Of a stretch of 32,000 nucleotides of DNA, positions 26,460 through 32,000 are shown piece by piece. Each line of letters begins with the position of its first letter. Position 1 is the stretch's first letter. A model generated the notes under the pieces. The model was not told the origin of the DNA. It saw only the letters and a list, made by a program, of their open reading frames with translations, and made no database searches. The position numbers and the translations under genes are program-made. Origin of the DNA: Alkalilimnicola ehrlichii MLHE-1 (GTDB lineage Bacteria > Pseudomonadota > Gammaproteobacteria > Nitrococcales > Halorhodospiraceae); assembly GCF_000014785.1 (NCBI RefSeq), contig NC_008340.1, forward strand, positions 3,210,001 through 3,242,000, given 5' to 3'.

Positions 26460-27845
26460 TTAGAAGACCCCCAGCGCATTGAGAAAGACCAGCACGATCG
26501 CCAGCGGCACGAGCCAGCGGATCAGGGTCAGCCAGGCACTGAACATCGGGTGACTGAGTTGCAGCTCCGCCTCCGCCACCCGGCGGGGCAGCACCCAGCC
26601 CACATAGAGCGCCACCAGCAACCCGCCCAGCGGCAGCATGATGGCGAAGGTGAGGAATTCCATCAGGTCCATGAACCCCATACCGGCGATGGAAAAGCCA
26701 CTCATCACGTTCAGCGACAGGGCCGAGAGGATGCCCATGGCCCAGGCGGCCAGGGCGACCACCGCCGCCGCCCGGCGCCGACTCCAGCCGCGGTTCTCCA
26801 CCAGGTAGGCAGTCGCCGGTTCCATGATGGAGATGGCGGAGGTCCAGGCGGCAAAGCTCAACAGGACGAAGAACAGGGTCCCGAACAGCGCGCCGGCCGG
26901 CATCTGGCCGAAACCGGCGGACAGAGTGATGAAAACCAGCCCCGCGCCGGAGTCGGGCTCCAGACCGACGGCGAAGACGATGGGGAAGACCGCGAGCCCG
27001 GCGATCAGGGCGATGGCGGTGTCCGCACCGGCGATGATCACCGAGTTCTGAGGGATGGACGAGCGCGACGACAAATAGGAGCCATAGACCATGATCGCCC
27101 CCATCCCCAGACTCAGGGTGAAGAAGGCCTGCCCCACCGCGCCCAGCATCAGCGCACCCAGCGACCCGGCCTCACCGCCGGCCAGCAGCTCACCCAGATC
27201 GGGCAAAAAGAGGTAGCGCATGGCCTCAGCAAAGGCCCCGGCGCCCATGCCGTAACCCACCAGGAGAATCAGCAGCAGGAAGAGCGCCGGCATGAGGAAG
27301 CGCACCGCCTTCTCCAGGCCGCTGCGCACGCCCCGCGAAACCACCGCAAAGCACAGGGCCATGAACACGCTGTGCCAGAGCACCAGCTCCAACGGTCGGT
27401 CCAACAGGCCCGCAAAGAGTTCACCGACCCGGTCGGCGCCGGCGTCGAGGAAGGCGCCGCCGGCAGTCATCGGCACGTAGGCCAACGACCAGCCGGCCAC
27501 GACGCTGTAGAAGGAGAGGATGATGAACCCCGCCAGTACCCCCATCCAGCCAAGCAAGACCCAGGCCCGCTGAGTACCGTACTCGCGGCAGAGGGTGCTC
27601 AGAGTATTGATAGGGCTCTGCCGACCGTGGCGGCCGAGCAGGATCTCCCCCATCATCACCGGGATACCGACGCCGAGCACGAATAACAGGTAGACCACCA
27701 CGAAGGCACCGCCACCGCTCTCCCCCACCACGTAGGGGAAACGCCAAATATTGCCCAGCCCCACGGCGGAGCCGGTGGCGGCGAGTATAAAGGCCCAGCG
27801 CGAGCCCCATTGTCCATGGATGGACGTGCGTTGACTGCGTGCCAT
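26460..27845 (-). CDS. Sodium-dependent transporter, neurotransmitter:sodium symporter (SNF/NSS) family
   Basis: 461-aa polytopic protein with the NSS signature WGSRWAFILAATGSAVGLGNIWRFPY near the N-terminus. Confidence 0.88.
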   Translation of the reverse strand: MARSQRTSIHGQWGSRWAFILAATGSAVGLGNIWRFPYVVGESGGGAFVVVYLLFVLGVGIPVMMGEILLGRHGRQSPINTLSTLCREYGTQRAWVLLGWMGVLAGFIILSFYSVVAGWSLAYVPMTAGGAFLDAGADRVGELFAGLLDRPLELVLWHSVFMALCFAVVSRGVRSGLEKAVRFLMPALFLLLILLVGYGMGAGAFAEAMRYLFLPDLGELLAGGEAGSLGALMLGAVGQAFFTLSLGMGAIMVYGSYLSSRSSIPQNSVIIAGADTAIALIAGLAVFPIVFAVGLEPDSGAGLVFITLSAGFGQMPAGALFGTLFFVLLSFAAWTSAISIMEPATAYLVENRGWSRRRAAAVVALAAWAMGILSALSLNVMSGFSIAGMGFMDLMEFLTFAIMLPLGGLLVALYVGWVLPRRVAEAELQLSHPMFSAWLTLIRWLVPLAIVLVFLNALGVF

Positions 27846-27903
27846 GATCCCCCCCAGGCCAGGGCAAGGCCCTCGGCCCGTTCCTTGTTGGCTGGTCCCC
27901 GCC

Positions 27904-28734
27904 TCAGCCGACCAGTTCTATCCCTTCGGGCAGACTGATGTCCATGGTGATCGGCAGGTGGTCCGACAACGGATAGTCCAGTACCCGCACATGCCCCACC
28001 TCCAGCGACGAGGACAGCAGGATATGGTCGATGTTGCGCTGTGGCTTCCAGGACGGGAAGGTGTGCAGGTCGTGCACCGGCTCCAGTAGCTCGGTGCGAT
28101 CGACCAGGGTGGTGAACTCCGGGCTGCGGGAGTGGCAGTTGAAGTCCCCCATCACGATCACATGCCGGTGCTCGTTGATCAGGTCGGCCAGGTAGGCGAG
28201 CTGGGTCGCGCGGGCCCGCCGCGACAGGGCCAGGTGCACGATGATGACATTCAGCGCCTCACCGGCGCCGCCGAAGCGCAGGTGCAACGCGCCCCGGCCC
28301 GGGACCCGGCCCGGCAGTGCATGCTCATCGATGGAGGCGGGGCGGTACCGGGTCAACAGCCCGTTGCTGTGCTGGGCCAGTCGGCCCAGGTTGCGATTGG
28401 TCTGGTAGTACCAGTAGGGGAAGGTGCCCCGGCGCGCCAGATACTCCACCTGATTGACATAGCCGGTCCGGAAGCTGCCCGCGTCCACCTCCTGCAGGCC
28501 CACCAGGTCATACTGATGGAGCATGTGGCCCATGCGGTCCAGGTTGCCCTCGCGGCTGGACGAGGGCCAGAAGTGCTGCCAGCCGCGGGTAACGTAGTGG
28601 TGGTAACGGCGGGTCTCCAGCCCGCTCTGGATGTTGTAGCTCATCACCCGCAGCTGGCGCGGCGGCTCCCGCTCGATAACCGGATCCAGGGCGGTGTAGG
28701 CGCCCTCGGGGGTACGATGGGCGAGTCCGATCAT
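27904..28734 (-). CDS. Endonuclease/exonuclease/phosphatase (EEP) family protein
   Basis: It contains VMSYNIQ, LQEVD, VMGDFN, DHILLS and the terminal SDHLPI catalytic-type motifs. I chose the start at the ATG at 28734 (MIGLAHR) because the longer track ORF (to 28797) would overlap dsbA by 56 nt. The start is uncertain. Confidence 0.75.
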   Translation of the reverse strand: MIGLAHRTPEGAYTALDPVIEREPPRQLRVMSYNIQSGLETRRYHHYVTRGWQHFWPSSSREGNLDRMGHMLHQYDLVGLQEVDAGSFRTGYVNQVEYLARRGTFPYWYYQTNRNLGRLAQHSNGLLTRYRPASIDEHALPGRVPGRGALHLRFGGAGEALNVIIVHLALSRRARATQLAYLADLINEHRHVIVMGDFNCHSRSPEFTTLVDRTELLEPVHDLHTFPSWKPQRNIDHILLSSSLEVGHVRVLDYPLSDHLPITMDISLPEGIELVG

Positions 28735-28741
28735 CGGCCCC

Positions 28742-29377
28742 CTACTCCGCCGCCCGCGCCGCTTCGCGCTCGCCCGCCAGGTACTCAATGGCCTCAATCA
28801 TCCGGGCCTGAGAGCCGGCCTGGCCGCCGGTGATCCGGTAGCGGCCGTCCACCGCCACCGTGGGCGTGCTGCGCACCTGGTAGTCCCGCGCCAGCGCCAT
28901 GGCCCGCCGGGTCCGGGTCTGAACCGCGCGGGAGTCCCACGCCTCGTCGAAGGCCTCGGGGCTCACCCCGCGCTCGGCAAAGAAGTCACGCACCTCGCCC
29001 TGACTGACCAGGGCGCGGCCCTGGTCGTGCAGCGCCACATAGATGTCGTCGTGCACCTCATCCACCACACCCAACGCCTGGGCGGTGAAATAGGCCCGCA
29101 CATGGGCCTGGTCCTGGGGGCGCAGGGGGATGGGCACCCGCACCAGGCTCACGTCCCTTTCGGTTTGCTGGTACCAGTCATGGAGGGGCCCGTTGAACCG
29201 ACGGCAAGCCGGGCAACTATAGGCGAAGAACTCGGTGACCTCGACCTGATCACCGCTGGTGGTCCGGCGCGGTTCGTCGAAGACGTGGTAGTCCCGGCCG
29301 GCTTCGAAGTCCGCCGCCAGCGCCGGCAGGGCCAGCAGGGCCAGGAACAGCGCGCTCAGCAGTCGCATCGGTTTCAT
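28742..29377 (-). CDS. dsbA: Periplasmic thiol:disulfide oxidoreductase, DsbA family (CPAC active site)
   Basis: 211 aa with the signal peptide MKPMRLLSALFLALLALPALA. The active site reads FFAYSCPACRRF, and the cis-Pro loop reads RSTPTVAVDG. It is collinear with E. coli DsbA. Confidence 0.85.
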   Translation of the reverse strand: MKPMRLLSALFLALLALPALAADFEAGRDYHVFDEPRRTTSGDQVEVTEFFAYSCPACRRFNGPLHDWYQQTERDVSLVRVPIPLRPQDQAHVRAYFTAQALGVVDEVHDDIYVALHDQGRALVSQGEVRDFFAERGVSPEAFDEAWDSRAVQTRTRRAMALARDYQVRSTPTVAVDGRYRITGGQAGSQARMIEAIEYLAGEREAARAAE

Positions 29378-29380
29378 GAT

Positions 29381-30568
29381 TTACAGCTCACCGTAGGAGT
29401 GCAACCCGGACAGGAAGATGTTCACCCCAAGGAAGCAGAAGGTGGTGACCAGCAGACCCAGCAGCGCCCACCAGGCCATCGGGGTGCCCCGCCAGCCCTT
29501 GGTGAAACGCATATGCAGCCAGGCGGCGTAATTGAGCCAGACAATCAGCGACCACGTCTCTTTCGGGTCCCAGCTCCAGTAGCCCCCCCACGCCTCCGCG
29601 GCCCAGAGGGCACCGAGGATGGTGGCGATGGTGAAGAAGGCGAAGCCCAGGGCGATGGACTTGTACATCAGGTCGTCCATCTGATCAAAGCCGGGCAGGC
29701 GTTTGGCCGCGCGGCTGTCGGGATGGGCACGCGCCCGGATCAGGTAGGCAACACCCACCATGGCGGCCACCCCGAAGGCCCCATAGGCGACGAAATTGGT
29801 GGGCACATGGATTTTCATCCACCAGCTCTGCAGCGCCGGCACCAGCGGCTCGATGTGATGCGCCTCCTGGCCAAAGTGGTACCAGAGCAGGAAGCCGATA
29901 CTGGCGGAGACCACCAGCATCACGAAGCCGCCCAGGGCGCCGGTCTGGTAGCGACGCTCGTAGTAGAGGTAGATCAGGGCCGTGGTGAAGGCCAGCAGCA
30001 CGAAGACCTCGTAGAGGTTGCTGACCGGGAAGTAGCCCATGCCCGGGCCGTGGAGGTAGGTCTCCCACCAGCGCACCAGCAGCCCCAGCAGGCCGGCGCC
30101 GGCCCCCAGCCAGGTAAAGGCGGTGGCCACCCGGCCGACAAAGGCCCGGTCGCCGCCGCGGCTGAAGGCCAGATCGGCAAAATAGAGGACCGTGGCGCCC
30201 AGGAAGAAGACGCACATCCACATGATGGCCGCCTGACTGGAGAGCAGGTAGTTGAGCAGGAAGCTCTCCTGCGCGGCGTTCAGATCAGGGTAGATATTGA
30301 CCGCCAGCACCGCCAGCGCGCCGACAATGAGCACGAAGGGCCGGGCCTGCTTCCAGTGCCAGCCCTGGGGGATCAGCCAGGCAACGGTGAGCGCGAGGAT
30401 GATCTCCTCGTAATAATTCATGTGCTCGGCGTACTGCAGGTAGGCAGCCAGCCCACCGCCGACACAGGCCAGTGCCCAGATCCAGTCGAAGGGGGTCAGA
30501 CTGCGCAGATAGGCCCCGCGCTCGTGTTGTTTCAGCTCGTCGGCCAGTTTCTCCCGGGTGGTGGACAT
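29381..30568 (-). CDS. ccsA: System II cytochrome c biogenesis protein CcsA/ResC (haem-handling WWD protein)
   Basis: 395-aa polytopic protein with the tryptophan-rich motif WGGYWSWDPKETWSLIVW and conserved His residues. Its ATG overlaps the upstream resB stop by 1 nt (TGATG). Confidence 0.9.
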   Translation of the reverse strand: MSTTREKLADELKQHERGAYLRSLTPFDWIWALACVGGGLAAYLQYAEHMNYYEEIILALTVAWLIPQGWHWKQARPFVLIVGALAVLAVNIYPDLNAAQESFLLNYLLSSQAAIMWMCVFFLGATVLYFADLAFSRGGDRAFVGRVATAFTWLGAGAGLLGLLVRWWETYLHGPGMGYFPVSNLYEVFVLLAFTTALIYLYYERRYQTGALGGFVMLVVSASIGFLLWYHFGQEAHHIEPLVPALQSWWMKIHVPTNFVAYGAFGVAAMVGVAYLIRARAHPDSRAAKRLPGFDQMDDLMYKSIALGFAFFTIATILGALWAAEAWGGYWSWDPKETWSLIVWLNYAAWLHMRFTKGWRGTPMAWWALLGLLVTTFCFLGVNIFLSGLHSYGEL

Positions 30569-32000
30569 CAGGTCTTACCCTCCTCGCTGCCCTCGGACGC
30601 CGCCAGTCTCAAGCGCAGGTCCAGTTCGTGCGCCAGCTTATCGAATTCCCGGCCAAAGGCCTTGGGGTCGCGCTGCCCCACCCCGGCCAGCAGGATGCGC
30701 GTCTGACCCTCACGCCCGTCCCGCGTCACCAGCGCCCAGACCCGCCGGTGGGGGATATAGAACATCAGGAACAGCCCCAGCACCAACATGGCACTCCCAA
30801 AATAGACGATCCCGGCACCGGGTGCCCGTCCGATCATCAGCCCTGTCGATTGGATCTGCTCAAACCCGGTAAGTTCCAGGAAGATCGGTGTGCCGTAGGC
30901 TGGGAGGGCCGACAGCGCCGCGAGGGCCTCCTCGTAGAAGAGCCGATCGTCCTCGCTCAATCCGCCCAGATCGCTGACCGATTGCACCCCCTGCTCTCGG
31001 GCCACGGCGTCATGATAGGCATTGGTCAGGGTCCGCTCCAACAGCATGTGGGAAAAGTCCCGGAGCAGCGCCTGCTGTTCCGGGTCGTTGGAGCCGGCCA
31101 TCACCCGGGCCTCTATCCCCTCGCTGACCGCCTCGAACCCCTCCTGCAGGAGCTGGCGAATCATCTGCTCAGCCGACATGGCCATCTGCCCGGCAAGCTG
31201 CCGCGCCTGCTCGCGCTCATCCACCATGCCCAGCTCCAGCAGCACATAGCGGGCGGCCGCGGTAGCGGCCTCCCGACGCGGCTCGGACTGGCGCAAATTG
31301 CCCAGGAAGGTCATGAAGCGGTCCAGGCCGCCGTCCGGCCCTGCCGGGATATGCAGGTAGCGGAACGGCTGATTGGCGGAGGGCCGCATGCCGCTGAGAT
31401 AGTAATGGCGCCCATCAATGGTGATGGGGAGCATGTAGTTCTCGAACTCCAGCGTCCGGCCGTCGCGGGTGCGTAAGGCGTAAGAGAAACTCGGCCCCAC
31501 GTTCCGCTGGCGCCGGCCTGACTCCTGCAGCTCGTCCGGCCGGACATTGGTCAGTTCAAAGTCGCGGAACTGCAGGGTGTACTCCTGCCCCGCGACCCCG
31601 ACCCGCGCCTCGGAGAAGACCCTCGCCTCGAGCTCCTCCGGGGCCTCGGAATCGCCCGCAAGGGGCCAGATCCGCAGATCCAGCCTGGAGCCGCCATCGC
31701 CGAAACTGGCTTGGTAGATGGAGTAACCGCGGTACTCCAGCGGCTCATTGACCCGGATGGTCTCATGGAAGGTCTTATCCCGCTCCGGGTCGATGATCTT
31801 CAGGTCGCTCTCATAGGAGCGCGGCTGCCCGCTCGGATAATGCTGGATTCGGAAGTCCTCCACCACGATGGTGAAGGGCAGCTCCTGCACCACGTAGCCG
31901 TCGCGCAGGGGCAGGAAGGTGACATTGGCGGCGCGGCCCTCGGGAATGCTGGTGGTGCCACGGAAGGAGCCCGGCCGCACCGGCAGTTTCTTGCTGTCGT
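30568..32000 (-). CDS. resB: System II cytochrome c biogenesis protein ResB/Ccs1 (CcsB), C-terminal part; the N-terminus lies beyond the right window edge
   Basis: The frame stays open upstream of the track GTG start at 31980, so the gene is truncated by the window. It has a large soluble domain followed by a C-terminal TM helix (IVYFGSAMLVLGLFLMFYI). It sits immediately upstream of ccsA, the standard ResB-ResC pairing. Confidence 0.8.
   Translation of the reverse strand, partial: DSKKLPVRPGSFRGTTSIPEGRAANVTFLPLRDGYVVQELPFTIVVEDFRIQHYPSGQPRSYESDLKIIDPERDKTFHETIRVNEPLEYRGYSIYQASFGDGGSRLDLRIWPLAGDSEAPEELEARVFSEARVGVAGQEYTLQFRDFELTNVRPDELQESGRRQRNVGPSFSYALRTRDGRTLEFENYMLPITIDGRHYYLSGMRPSANQPFRYLHIPAGPDGGLDRFMTFLGNLRQSEPRREAATAAARYVLLELGMVDEREQARQLAGQMAMSAEQMIRQLLQEGFEAVSEGIEARVMAGSNDPEQQALLRDFSHMLLERTLTNAYHDAVAREQGVQSVSDLGGLSEDDRLFYEEALAALSALPAYGTPIFLELTGFEQIQSTGLMIGRAPGAGIVYFGSAMLVLGLFLMFYIPHRRVWALVTRDGREGQTRILLAGVGQRDPKAFGREFDKLAHELDLRLRLAASEGSEEGKT

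Noticed and set aside
29027-30706. 559-aa plus-strand ORF
   Set aside because: It is antisense to dsbA and ccsA, both of which have clear family motifs (CPAC thioredoxin fold, WWD motif). The translation is Gly/Gln/Pro/His-rich with no domain signature.

Overview
GC-rich proteobacterial chromosomal segment; third codon positions are overwhelmingly G/C. By inference only, it fits a gammaproteobacterial sulfur-oxidising or phototrophic autotroph (Chromatiales/Ectothiorhodospiraceae-like). I support 28 tightly packed protein genes. I see no rRNA, tRNA, CRISPR array, transposase, integrase or phage genes. The centre (about 6.6-22.9 kb) is a Calvin-Benson-Bassham (CBB) supercluster. It holds prk and rpe on the minus strand, cbbR divergent from cbbL-cbbS-cbbQ-cbbO (form IA RuBisCO of the cbbQ-associated type plus its AAA+/VWA activase), then gap-tkt-pgk-pyk-fba ending in a textbook intrinsic terminator. 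The flanks are housekeeping. Left: aroE (partial), PiT phosphate transporter with its DUF47 partner, and hemB. Right: algC, dut, coaBC, an NSS-family transporter, an EEP-family protein, dsbA, and System II cytochrome c biogenesis ccsA/resB (partial). The best candidate for something undescribed is at 3.9-6.0 kb. It is a translationally coupled MotA/ExbB-like plus MotB/OmpA-like pair with long helical extensions on both subunits and no flagellar, Tol, TonB or Zorya partners nearby. Next to it a cysteine-cluster mini-protein is translationally coupled to hemB. Several intergenic elements are not explained by the genes: a 483-bp spacer splitting cbbQ from cbbO that carries a nested perfect palindrome; a 196-bp long-hairpin element between dut and algC; a 17-bp perfect stem straddling the cbbS stop codon; and a gap-tkt spacer with a strongly Shine-Dalgarno-preceded 46-codon ORF followed by terminator-like hairpins. 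All functional calls come from reading translated motifs by eye. No database search was run.
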